A DNA stretch of 53,818 nucleotides from an uncultured Candidatus Saccharibacteria bacterium (GCA_964402535.1 CAYOCH010000004.1:1-53818), one strand, 5' to 3'. Counted from the stretch's first letter, positions 1 through 7,950 are shown. Notes: a model not told the origin generated them from the sequence alone. Made by a program: numbers and translations.

Positions 1-583
1 AAGCGGTGGATTATGCGGCTTAATTCGTCGATAAACGAAGAACCTTACCAAGGTTAGAAATCCAACTGCATCCTTGTCGAAAGATGAGGAGCCTTCGAGG
101 GTGTTGGACAGGTGATGCATGGTCGTCGTCAGTTCGTGGTTTGAACTGTTCCCTTCAGTGGGGTAACGAACGCAACCCCCGTTGTCTGTTGCCTATATGG
201 CCAGGCGAGACTGCTCCCTCACGGGAGAGGAAGGTGGGGATGACGCCAGATCAGCATGTCCCTCTGATACCTTGGGCTGCACGCATAATACAATGGGCGG
301 TACAACGGGTTGCAATGCCGTAAGGCGGAGCTAATCCTTTAAAACCGCCCCCAGTACGGATTGAGGTCTGCAACCGACCTCATGAAGCCGGAATCGCTAG
401 TAATCGCAGGTCAGCCAAACTGCGGTGAATACGTTCTCGAGTCTTGTACTCACCGCCCGTCAACTCAAGGGAGCTGGGGGTGCCCGAAGGTCTGCCTCGC
501 GCAGGACTACGGCAAATTCAGTGACAAGGAGTAAGTCGTAACAAGGCACGGGTAGCGGAAGCTGTTCGTGGAACATATCCAAA
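1..583 (+). rRNA. rrs: 16S rRNA, 3' ~580 nt (the gene starts upstream of the window); divergent CPR-like sequence; 3' boundary approximate
   Basis: Universal 16S blocks are recognisable in order: AACGAAGAACCTTACC, GCATGGTCGTCGTCAG, AACGAACGCAACCC, GGAAGGTGGGGATGACG, GGAATCGCTAGTAATCG, GGTGAATACGTTC, CACCGCCCGTCA, AAGTCGTAACAAGG (533-546). Helix 45 with a GGAA loop follows (547-570). Several universal positions are substituted, e.g. GTACTCACCGCCCGTCAA. Confidence 0.9.
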
Positions 584-694
584 TTGGAATCGCTATCGCC
601 CGAAAGGCATAGCATGTCGATCATCTCTTCGGAGGTGGAGAGATAGCATTCGTCTCTAAACGATGCTCGGAAGCCGGATAACGTAACCCGGTGG

Positions 695-725
695 CGTTCG
701 AGAGCCGCATATGAGCTCTCGAACG
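695..725 (+). repeat. Perfect 11-bp stem hairpin in the post-16S spacer (possible processing stem)
   Basis: CGTTCGAGAGC (695-705) and GCTCTCGAACG (715-725) are exact reverse complements separated by a 9-nt loop. Confidence 0.5.
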
Positions 726-784
726 GGACAGAATAGGCGGAACAAAAGAGCGCATCACATCTTTCAACACACGATCACGTCAAC

Positions 785-806
785 AACGGCCGCAGGGCCG
801 TTTTTT
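785..806 (+). terminator. Intrinsic terminator downstream of 16S
   Basis: Stem CGGCC (787-791) / GGCCG (796-800) with loop GCAG, followed by TTTTTT (801-806). Confidence 0.7.
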
Positions 807-868
807 GACTTTTACGAGTTCAAGCTCTAAAGTCGTGCGCAGGCAGTTCTACTCGAGAGGAGATACTC

Positions 869-1390
869 ATGACCACTTTGGCACTGGAAATGAAAGCCGT
901 CTTGCGTTCGTCCCTTGACGATACATGGAAGAGGGAAGAAACAGACTTCAATTCGCATCTCGCGGCATGGAAAGAAAGACAAAAGAAGAAAGCGCTCGAC
1001 GCCATTGCCGTCTTGCCAATCAGCATTAAGGCAGCGGCCGAGAGCAACAAGTCGAGCCTGACAGTGCGTGTCGAGATCAGTCATCCCGATACGTATTCTG
1101 AAGCGTACAAAGTATTCCGGGTTCCACACGAGTTCGGGCAGCCGGTCGATCCCGGCACCTACCTCACGTTGAATAAGTGCAGGGAATTGCCCGACGTCAG
1201 TCGACCGATCGCGCGGTGGGCCTTACGGAATGGGTTCAGCGTTCAGGTCCGGAAGTGGAACGACAGGGATGAACAGCACGTACGTCGTCATGATGCCGTG
1301 CACGATGTCGATACCCATGTCGATTTTGTGGTGCCGACCGCAGGGCGTTATAAATGCCCTCTGCAGGAGGGGCTCTGCATCTCGTGGTAG
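869..1390 (+). CDS. Hypothetical protein (173 aa) inside the rRNA spacer island
   Basis: ORF-track ORF. GAGGAGA (857-863) lies 5 nt before ATG 869, and a terminator hairpin follows the stop. No family recognised. G+C is lower than the flanks (28 of 60 in line 901-960). Confidence 0.6.
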   Translation: MTTLALEMKAVLRSSLDDTWKREETDFNSHLAAWKERQKKKALDAIAVLPISIKAAAESNKSSLTVRVEISHPDTYSEAYKVFRVPHEFGQPVDPGTYLTLNKCRELPDVSRPIARWALRNGFSVQVRKWNDRDEQHVRRHDAVHDVDTHVDFVVPTAGRYKCPLQEGLCISW

Positions 1391-1404
1391 CAGAGTATTG
1401 AAAC

Positions 1405-1431
1405 GCCCCGGCTATGCCGGGGCTGCGTTTT
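1405..1431 (+). terminator. Intrinsic terminator after the 173-aa ORF
   Basis: GCCCCGGC (1405-1412) / GCCGGGGC (1416-1423) with loop TAT, then TGCGTTTT. Confidence 0.6.
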
Positions 1432-1631
1432 GCCCGAGATGGAGGAGCGCGAGACGCTCGACGGCACGCCGCCAGATCCGCCTCTTGTTCTTGTGCCGGC
1501 GGAGCTTCTCATCAGGCGTCGATACGCGGCTTTCGTGTATCCGCTTGCTTTCACGCATCCGGGCGTGCGGGTATACCATCGCTCCCTACAGTATAGGGCG
1601 CTCCATGAAGATTGCTGGAAGAGGGAGTGGA

Positions 1632-1640
1632 TTATCCACA
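1632..1640 (+). promoter_or_regulatory. Perfect DnaA-box consensus 9-mer TTATCCACA
   Basis: Exact TTATCCACA, 41 nt upstream of the TATACT hexamer at 1682. The motif is certain; its function is not. Confidence 0.35.
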
Positions 1641-1681
1641 ATAGAACTTACGTCTATTGTATTCGGCATATCGTAATCATA

Positions 1682-1687
1682 TATACT
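1682..1687 (+). promoter_or_regulatory. -10-like hexamer TATACT, 8 nt before ATG 1696 (leaderless-type promoter)
   Basis: TATACT-gaatatgc-ATG. Confidence 0.4.
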
Positions 1688-1695
1688 GAATATGC

Positions 1696-2385
1696 ATGAA
1701 AGCGATTGAACGAGAAGAAGCCGTCAGGCTCCGTAGGGTTGAAAAGCTCGGCTACGGCGAGATAGCAAAGAGATTGAACGTTGCCAAAAGCACGTTGTCC
1801 CGATGGCTGGAAGATTTGCCTCTTTCTGACGCGCGCATCCTAGAGCTGCGGCGACAGTCATGGGGCAAGGGTGAGGCCAAACGCGAGAGGTTTCGTCAAA
1901 CGATGCGCGTCAAGCGCGATCTCAAGGAACAGAAACTTTACGAAGAAGTGAAGTCACGTTTGTCACGCGTGACCGAACGCGATACGTATGTCGCCGGGTT
2001 GATGTTGTATGCGGCGGAGGGAGATAAGAAAAGTCGGTATGAAATAGCTTTCTCCAACACAGATGTCGCTCTGGTGAGATTCTTCTCACGATGGTTGACG
2101 CGATATCTCGGAATCGATGCACGTTCTCTCAAGATTCAGCTTCACCTCTATGAAAATATGGAGATACCGGCTGAGGAATCATATTGGCTCAAAGAACTTG
2201 GGTTCGGCCGGAGGCAGCTGTGCAAGAGTCAGATAAAGAAAGTGCATAAAAATGGCTTCAAGTATCAGGATGTTGTCCGACATGGGACGTGCAAATTGTA
2301 TATCGGTGGCGGTGCCGAGAAAGCTGAGCTCATGTTGTCTATACGAGCTTTTTTTGATACATATAGTAGGCAAATGCGTGTGTAG
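1696..2385 (+). CDS. LAGLIDADG-type homing endonuclease-like protein with N-terminal HTH (229 aa)
   Basis: N-terminal HTH LGYGEIAKRLNVAKSTLSRWL. LAGLIDADG-like block YVAGLMLYAAEGDKK, followed by an I-CreI-like alternation of basic and hydrophobic segments. It sits in an rRNA operon spacer, a typical niche for this family. Family call by eye only. Confidence 0.55.
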   Translation: MKAIEREEAVRLRRVEKLGYGEIAKRLNVAKSTLSRWLEDLPLSDARILELRRQSWGKGEAKRERFRQTMRVKRDLKEQKLYEEVKSRLSRVTERDTYVAGLMLYAAEGDKKSRYEIAFSNTDVALVRFFSRWLTRYLGIDARSLKIQLHLYENMEIPAEESYWLKELGFGRRQLCKSQIKKVHKNGFKYQDVVRHGTCKLYIGGGAEKAELMLSIRAFFDTYSRQMRV

Positions 2386-2451
2386 CTCAGTTGGTAGAGC
2401 ATCCGCCTGATACGCGGACGGTCCCAGGTTCAAGTCCTGGCACACGCACCA
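2376..2451 (+). tRNA. tRNA-Ile (anticodon GAU), CCA encoded
   Basis: The cloverleaf folds by hand: acceptor GCGTGTG/CACACGC, D stem GCTC/GAGC, anticodon stem TCCGC/GCGGA with loop CTGATAC (GAT), T stem CCAGG/CCTGG with loop TTCAAGT, discriminator A, then CCA. Confidence 0.95.
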
Positions 2452-2519
2452 AGTCGTTTGGCATTCCGCGTTATACCCACATCGCATCAAGAGCTGCACA
2501 CACGAGGAGCAGACAAGGC

Positions 2520-2525
2520 TATACT
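2520..2525 (+). promoter_or_regulatory. -10-like hexamer TATACT, 7 nt before ATG 2533
   Basis: ggcTATACT-gtagctc-ATG. Confidence 0.4.
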
Positions 2526-2532
2526 GTAGCTC

Positions 2533-3081
2533 ATGAAGAAGCGAGCGAAGCGCATCGCCGCTCTTGCGAGTGAGACGGAGACGCTCATCGTCGCCGGGCT
2601 GGCGCTCGTGCTTGTCGCCGGCGGCGTCTACTATTACCTCTCTTCCGCAGTGCAGCAGCAGGAGCGCGCACCGGTCGTCACGGAGGCTGCGCCCGCAGAG
2701 GTCGCGGTGCCCTTCACAGAGCTCGCGCGCGGTAGCAAGTCGACCGTGAAGACGCGCGTTAATTACTTGATCCGCACGCCTGAGGACTTGAAGAAGCTGT
2801 GGAAGATGGTCGACGCGACGAGCACGCCGCCCAAAGTAGACTTCACTCGCGAGACGGTCATCGCCGTCTTTGCCGGCAAGGCGCCGACCGCAGGTTACGC
2901 CATTTCCGTATCACAGATCACCGACGCTGAAGAGCGCATGGTCTCGATCACGGTCGCCAAGCCCGATCGCACCTGCATGACGGCCAATGTGCTCACCATG
3001 CCATACGAGGTGGTGAAGGTCCCGACCACGTCGCTCCCGCTCACGCACGAGGACGTTACGGTCGCGAAGAGCTGCCCCTAG
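2533..3081 (+). CDS. Membrane-anchored PrcB C-terminal-domain-like protein (182 aa)
   Basis: N-terminal TM LIVAGLALVLVAGGVYYYL. The C-terminal part (VIAVFAGKAPTAGYAISVSQI...MVSITVAKP...MTANVLTMPYEVVKVP) resembles the PrcB_C family pattern. Confidence 0.5.
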   Translation: MKKRAKRIAALASETETLIVAGLALVLVAGGVYYYLSSAVQQQERAPVVTEAAPAEVAVPFTELARGSKSTVKTRVNYLIRTPEDLKKLWKMVDATSTPPKVDFTRETVIAVFAGKAPTAGYAISVSQITDAEERMVSITVAKPDRTCMTANVLTMPYEVVKVPTTSLPLTHEDVTVAKSCP

Positions 3082-3101
3082 GCGCGCTCCAGTCGGCGCG
3101 G

Positions 3102-3107
3102 TAGAGT
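3102..3107 (+). promoter_or_regulatory. -10-like hexamer TAGAGT, 6 nt before ATG 3114
   Basis: TAGAGT-gagcgc-ATG. Confidence 0.3.
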
Positions 3108-3113
3108 GAGCGC

Positions 3114-4454
3114 ATGGATGCGCGCGCACATTTTGAGGGCAAGAAGATAACGCTCATGGGCCTCGGTCTCCTCGGCCGAGGCCTTGGCGATGCCCGCTAC
3201 CTTGCCGAGTGCGGCGCCGACCTCATAGTCACCGACCTGAAGATCCGTGACGAGCTCGCCGATTCTGTCGCCGAGCTCGAACGCTTTCCGAACATCACGT
3301 TCGTCCTTGGCGAGCACCGGCTCGAAGATTTTTCCGCCAAAGGCGGACCCGCCTCTGGCGGGCGCAAACCCGACCTGATACTTAAAGCCGCCGGCGTCCC
3401 GCTCGATTCGATCTATGTCACAGAGGCGAAGCAGCAGGGGATACCCGTGCGTATGAGCGCCGATCTCTTCGCAACGATCTCGGGGATTCCCTGTGTCGGC
3501 ATCACCGGCACGCGCGGCAAGTCCTCGGTCACGCACATGATCTATGAGATCGCGCAGGCGGCAGGCAAGAAGGTGCTCCTCGGCGGCAATATCCGCGGTG
3601 TTTCGACGCTCGCGCTATTGCAGGAGGTGACGCCCGAGCATATCGCGATCCTCGAGCTCGACTCGTGGCAGCTCCAGGGGTGGGGCGAGGCGAGAATAGG
3701 CCCGCACATCGCGGTCTTTACGACCTTCTATTCGGATCACCTGAACTACTATAAAAACGACTTAGGTGCGTATCTCGCCGACAAGGCAAATATCTTCTTG
3801 TTCCAGGGCGAAGAGGACACGCTCATCCTCGGCAAGCAGTGCGCACCGACCGTGATCGACACGTATGGCGAGCGCATCGAGGCTAAGACGCTCGTCGTCG
3901 ACGAGCTCAAGCTCCCCGACACATGGACGCTTCAAGTGCCCGGGCAGTACAACCGCTATAATGCGGCGCTCGCGCTCGCTGTCGCGCGCGAGCTCGGCAT
4001 CGCCGACGAGACGAGCCGCGATGCACTTGCAGGATTCAAGGGCGTGCCGGGACGGCTCGAGCTCGTGCGTGAAGTGAAGGGAATCTCTTTGTATAACGAC
4101 ACGACGGCGACGACGCCCGAGGCGACGCTCGTCGCGCTCGACGCGCTCGGCCCCGCACGCACCGTGCTCATCATGGGCGGCGCGGACAAGGGGCTCGACA
4201 TGCACGCGCTTCTCGCGCGGCTGCCGGAGGTTAAACAGGTCGTCCTGCTCGCGGGTAGCGGCACGACACAGGTAAAGACCGCACTCTCCGACCTGCAAAT
4301 ACAGGAGACGCTCGAAAGCGCAGTGGCGGCGGCGATGCAGGCGGCAGAGCCGGGCGACGCCGTACTCTTCTCGCCCGCGTTCGCCTCGTTCGGTATGTTT
4401 AAGAACGAGTTCGACCGCGGCGATCGGTTTAATGCTATCGTAAAGGCGTTATGA
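3114..4454 (+). CDS. murD: UDP-N-acetylmuramoyl-L-alanine--D-glutamate ligase
   Basis: N-terminal Rossmann KKITLMGLGLLGRGLGDARYLAECGADLIVTD. Mur ligase P-loop GITGTRGKSS. C-terminal GGADKGLD and FSPAFASFGMFKNEFDRGDRF. Confidence 0.9.
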   Translation: MDARAHFEGKKITLMGLGLLGRGLGDARYLAECGADLIVTDLKIRDELADSVAELERFPNITFVLGEHRLEDFSAKGGPASGGRKPDLILKAAGVPLDSIYVTEAKQQGIPVRMSADLFATISGIPCVGITGTRGKSSVTHMIYEIAQAAGKKVLLGGNIRGVSTLALLQEVTPEHIAILELDSWQLQGWGEARIGPHIAVFTTFYSDHLNYYKNDLGAYLADKANIFLFQGEEDTLILGKQCAPTVIDTYGERIEAKTLVVDELKLPDTWTLQVPGQYNRYNAALALAVARELGIADETSRDALAGFKGVPGRLELVREVKGISLYNDTTATTPEATLVALDALGPARTVLIMGGADKGLDMHALLARLPEVKQVVLLAGSGTTQVKTALSDLQIQETLESAVAAAMQAAEPGDAVLFSPAFASFGMFKNEFDRGDRFNAIVKAL

Positions 4455-5782
4455 CCGGCGTGAAGAAGGCCCACTTCATCGGCATCGGCGGCATCGGGAT
4501 GAGCGCGCTCGCGCAATATTTTCATGACCAGGGCGTCACGATTTCAGGTTCTGACCGGAGCGAGAGTCCGGTGACCGAACTCTTGGTCGGGAAGGGGATC
4601 ACAGTCACGATCGGCCAGGGGGCTGACAACGTCCCTGCCGACGCCGGCATAGTCGTCTACAGCGACGCTGTGCCCGAGGATAATCCGGAGCGCGTCTGCG
4701 CGCGCGGACTCGGCATCCCCGAGCTCTCGTACTTCAAGATGCTCGGCCAGGTTTCGATCGGCAAGCGGACGGTCGCGGTCGCCGGCACGCACGGCAAGAC
4801 GACGACGACCGGCATGCTCGCACGCATCTTGCGCGATGCTGGTGCATCGCCGACGGCGATCGTCGGCTCGCTCGTGAAGGACTTCGGCTCCAACTATCTG
4901 CACGGCGACCCCAATCTCTTCGTCGTCGAGGCATGCGAGTATCGCGACCACCTGCTCGAGCTCACGCCATCGATTCTCGTCATCACGAATCTCGAGTGGG
5001 ATCACACAGACTGGTTCCCCTCGCTCGAGCCGCTTCAGGCGACCTTCCGCCGTGCGATCGAGCGCGTGCCCGAGACGGGCGTCATCGTCACGAATGTGTC
5101 GAACCCGAACATCGCGCCCTTACTCGCGGCCGCGAAAGCGCCCGTCATCGACTACACCAAGGAGCCTGAGTACACGCTCGCGCTCCCAGGAGAGTTCAAC
5201 AAGATGAACGCTCGCGCCGCCGCAGCGGCGGCGCGAGCCGTGTTCCCGCAGGCGACCGACGAGACGATCCGCACCTCGCTTGCCGCCTTTCAGGGCACGT
5301 GGCGACGTTTTGAACACAAGGGTCAGACGATCCGCGGCGCAGACGTCTATGACGATTATGCGCACCACCCGACGGCGATCCGTGAGACATTGAAGGCGCT
5401 CCGCGCCACAACCAAAGGGCGCATCTTTGCGGCGTTCCATCCGCATCTCTACAGCCGTACCAAGGATCTCTTCGACGACTTCGCCCATGCCTTCGTCGAT
5501 GCCGACGAAGTGCTCATAGCACCCATCTACGCGGCACGGGAGGTTGATGACGGCTCAGTGTCGAGCGAGTCGCTCGCGGCCGCGATCATAGAGCAGGGCG
5601 GGACTGCTCGCGCAGCGACCTTCGACCAGATTGCGGCCTATGCGAGCGCGGCGGCAGCGCCCGGAGACGCGGTGATGACGATCGGCGCCGGCGACATCTA
5701 TAAGGTCGCCGACCGCATCGTGGTCAAAAAAGCAGCAGCCTCCGAAGAGGCTGCTAAGGATGTCGCCGTCGCCGTCAATTGA
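4451..5782 (+). CDS. murC: UDP-N-acetylmuramate--L-alanine ligase
   Basis: HFIGIGGIGMSALAQYFHDQGVTISGSD, P-loop VAGTHGKTTTTGML, EACEYRDH, DDYAHHPTAI. The start overlaps the murD stop (ATGA). Confidence 0.9.
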   Translation: MTGVKKAHFIGIGGIGMSALAQYFHDQGVTISGSDRSESPVTELLVGKGITVTIGQGADNVPADAGIVVYSDAVPEDNPERVCARGLGIPELSYFKMLGQVSIGKRTVAVAGTHGKTTTTGMLARILRDAGASPTAIVGSLVKDFGSNYLHGDPNLFVVEACEYRDHLLELTPSILVITNLEWDHTDWFPSLEPLQATFRRAIERVPETGVIVTNVSNPNIAPLLAAAKAPVIDYTKEPEYTLALPGEFNKMNARAAAAAARAVFPQATDETIRTSLAAFQGTWRRFEHKGQTIRGADVYDDYAHHPTAIRETLKALRATTKGRIFAAFHPHLYSRTKDLFDDFAHAFVDADEVLIAPIYAAREVDDGSVSSESLAAAIIEQGGTARAATFDQIAAYASAAAAPGDAVMTIGAGDIYKVADRIVVKKAAASEEAAKDVAVAVN

Positions 5783-6188
5783 ACCGGGTGACGGTGATGT
5801 GGCTCATCTGGCCGACGATCACGTGCTGCTGCGCGAAGAATTCGCCGATCGAGCAGACCGCCCAGACGTGGCGGAGGCCTGCCTGGAGCGCCCGTTCGAC
5901 GAAATAATCGCCGCGATACTGCGGTGCGAACATCTGGATGCTCATCGAGACCTCGGGGACCGGGACGCCCAAAGTGCGGAACATCGTCAAGATCGTGCTG
6001 ATCGTATGCGTATTCCGAGCGTGCGCGAGAATCGCCTCTGATCGGCCGGTGGCGACGATGAGCGGGTATCCGTCGCCGGCCATGGCGAGCATCTGTCCCG
6101 GCCTGATGCACATCCCGAACTCCGAGATGCTCCCGACGTTACGTTTCCGCACCTCGCGCGCGGTCATGACTCCTGGTGCTAGTTCCAT
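5775..6188 (-). CDS. Hypothetical protein (137 aa from ATG 6188; the track ORF begins at TTG 6203)
   Basis: Protein-like composition with G/C-rich third positions. The overlapping ORFs 5698..6111(-) and 5938..6285(+) are Arg/Ser-rich shadows. Convergent with murC, with an 8-nt overlap. No family recognised. Confidence 0.55.
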   Translation of the reverse strand: MELAPGVMTAREVRKRNVGSISEFGMCIRPGQMLAMAGDGYPLIVATGRSEAILAHARNTHTISTILTMFRTLGVPVPEVSMSIQMFAPQYRGDYFVERALQAGLRHVWAVCSIGEFFAQQHVIVGQMSHITVTRFN

Positions 6189-6252
6189 GCTCTCCTCACT
6201 CAAGATCGGTTACGATGTGCTGCTTCCGCGATCAAGTATACCGGCCACGGGA

Positions 6253-6282
6253 GAAAAAAGAACGGCTCCCGGAGGAGCCGTT
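6253..6282 (-). terminator. Intrinsic terminator (minus strand) after the frameshifted gene
   Basis: On the minus strand: AACGGCTCC-TCCG-GGAGCCGTT, followed by CTTTTTTCTC. Confidence 0.6.
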
Positions 6283-6297
6283 TGAGTCGCACGGAGA

Positions 6298-7111
6298 TCA
6301 TGAATTCCGCTTCACGATGAACAGGTTCCGGCGATCGGGATCCAGGCCGTCGTGCGTGTGCGCGAGGCCGGGGTGCTGGTCGAGCCGCTCGATCGCCTGG
6401 ACAGAGGTCACGTGTGCGCGCACCGCCTGCTCCATGAAGACGTATTCGAGGTTCAGGTACAGGCTCCCATCCTTCCGTTTCGTGCAGTCGTGCCAGTGCT
6501 CGTCGACGAACTCGCCCAGACGCCGGTTGTAGCGGCCGTGCACCGGGTGATCCAGGCGATGGTCGAATACGTCGGTCGGGATCGAGAAGTGCATGCACAT
6601 CTCGACTTCGCGCGCCGGAACGGCTCGTTTCGCGAACGCAGCGATGATGCTGCCCACCACGCTCACGTGCTCGCGCGTCGGTTCGCCCATGACCGCGCCG
6701 CGGTCGATGAGCGAGTCCCGTCCCGCGTGCGCGACGACAAGGTGCCTCCCTGATGAACGGGCAGCCCGCCGCGCTCATCATGAACGCGTCGCCGGGCTCG
6801 AGGAAGACGCCGTCGGCCGGCCGGTCATGGTTGCGGTACAGCTCCAGTCCGGCGAGGCCGATGGCCTCGGTCATCTCGAGCGTCTCCGCCACATAGCCGC
6901 TCGCCGCAGCGACGTTCGGCGCAAAGCACTTGCGTACGCCGAGGTTCATGAGCTGCAGCGAGAGCTCGCGCGCGAGATCCGTGTGTTTGTGCGTATCGCG
7001 TTTCGTCTGCAGCGGTTTGAGCGACCAATTCCTGATACCGCGCTTCTGCGCATCGTCCGGGCCGAGCGCGAGCACCGACACGTCCGGCCGGTCAAGCTGA
7101 TACGTATGCAT
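6298..7111 (-). pseudogene. Frameshifted gene; product possibly PgeF/YfiH (DUF152)-like
   Basis: A protein-like N-terminal part (MHTYQLDRPD...AFMMSAAGCPFI) lies in the frame of track ORF 6200..7234. A protein-like C-terminal part (HLVVAHAGRDSLIDRGAVMGEPTREH...RRNLFIVKRNS) lies in the frame of 6298..6690. The frames switch by one base near 6745-6760 (GGGAGG run). The C..P...HAG...RR arrangement recalls DUF152, but the family call is weak. Confidence 0.45.
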
Positions 7112-7206
7112 GTGAGTCTCCTCTGTCGGGGTTCTGGGATTCTTCCACAAGTGATTATAGGACAAAATCAGGATAAAGCAATGTATGCTCATGAAGCGCG
7201 GGCGTG

Positions 7207-7212
7207 TAAAGT
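7207..7212 (+). promoter_or_regulatory. -10-like hexamer TAAAGT, 6 nt before ATG 7219
   Basis: TAAAGT-gcagtg-ATG. Confidence 0.3.
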
Positions 7213-7218
7213 GCAGTG

Positions 7219-7908
7219 ATGGGAATCCTTTCAATCGTCGCGACGCCGATCGGCAACCTCGAGGACATCACGCTCCGCGCGCTCCGCACGCTTAAAGAGT
7301 GCGACGTGATCTACGCCGAAGACACACGTGTCACGGCAAAGCTGCTCGCAAAATATGAAATCAAGAAGCCGCGGGAGCGGCTCGACGCGGTGACAGAATC
7401 TAAGAAGGCGAGCGAGGTGCTCGCGCGGCTTGAAGCGGGTGAACATGTCGTGCTCGTCTCTGACGCCGGTACGCCGGGCATCTCTGACCCCGGACAGCGG
7501 CTTGTAGCCGCTGTCCGGTCCTGCGTAGCCTCTGGCGAAGCAGGACGGGGCATAACGATAGAGGCGATACCGGGACCGTCGGCGCTCACCGCAGCGCTGT
7601 CGATTGCGGGACTCACAGGTGATGCGTTCACCTTCCTCGGCTTCTTGCCGCACAAGAAGGGTCGGCAAACGGCGCTCAAGGGCATCGCCGCAAGCGAGAT
7701 CCCGGTCGTACTGTACGAGTCGCCGCATCGCGTAGTGAAGGCGTTCGAGGCGCTTCGTGACCTCGGCGTGTCGCAGGTCGCAGTCGCGCGTGAGCTCACC
7801 AAGCTCCACGAAGAGTTTGTCGCCGGCACGCCCTCCGAAGTGCTCGCGCATTTTGCTGCGCACCCCGACACTATCCGCGGCGAGTTTGTCGTCATCGTGA
7901 CTCCTTGA
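7219..7908 (+). CDS. rsmI: 16S rRNA (cytidine1402-2'-O)-methyltransferase
   Basis: LSIVATPIGNLEDITLRALRTLKECDVIYAEDTRVTAKLL, VSDAGTPGISDPG, ESPHR. GTG 7216 is an alternative start. Confidence 0.9.
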   Translation: MGILSIVATPIGNLEDITLRALRTLKECDVIYAEDTRVTAKLLAKYEIKKPRERLDAVTESKKASEVLARLEAGEHVVLVSDAGTPGISDPGQRLVAAVRSCVASGEAGRGITIEAIPGPSALTAALSIAGLTGDAFTFLGFLPHKKGRQTALKGIAASEIPVVLYESPHRVVKAFEALRDLGVSQVAVARELTKLHEEFVAGTPSEVLAHFAAHPDTIRGEFVVIVTP

Positions 7909-7911
7909 TAC

Positions 7912-7950
7912 AACCAGCACTCAACTTTGCATCAAAGTTGAGTGCTGGTT
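7912..7950. repeat. Perfect 18-bp-arm inverted repeat directly after the rsmI stop, abutting the next -10 hexamer
   Basis: AACCAGCACTCAACTTTG (7912-7929), loop CAT, CAAAGTTGAGTGCTGGTT (7933-7950). No U-tract follows. The last T is the first base of TATACT. Confidence 0.8.

Noticed and set aside
1430-1699. An 89-aa ORF whose TGA overlaps the endonuclease ATG (ATGA), which suggests a coupled upstream gene.
   Set aside because: The product has an implausible C-terminal half (IIHNRTYVYCIRHIVIIYTEYA) that simply reads through the AT-rich promoter and the DnaA-box region, and no motif is recognisable. It is kept as unresolved rather than called.
570-2460. A self-splicing intron splitting the 16S 3' end, with the LAGLIDADG gene as the intron ORF.
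   Set aside because: No downstream 3' exon carrying GATCACCTCCTT-like sequence exists before or after tRNA-Ile. The nearest matches (619-630 and 773-783) are imperfect. Two intrinsic terminators and an independent promoter-like hexamer lie inside the region. I cannot recognise group I core elements by eye, so this is rejected provisionally.
6200-7234. A single 344-aa minus-strand ORF.
   Set aside because: Only its middle section (from ATG 7111 to about 6750) is protein-like. The N-terminal 41 codons lie in the divergent promoter region, and the C-terminal half is out-of-frame read-through. It is reinterpreted as a frameshifted gene, 6298..7111.
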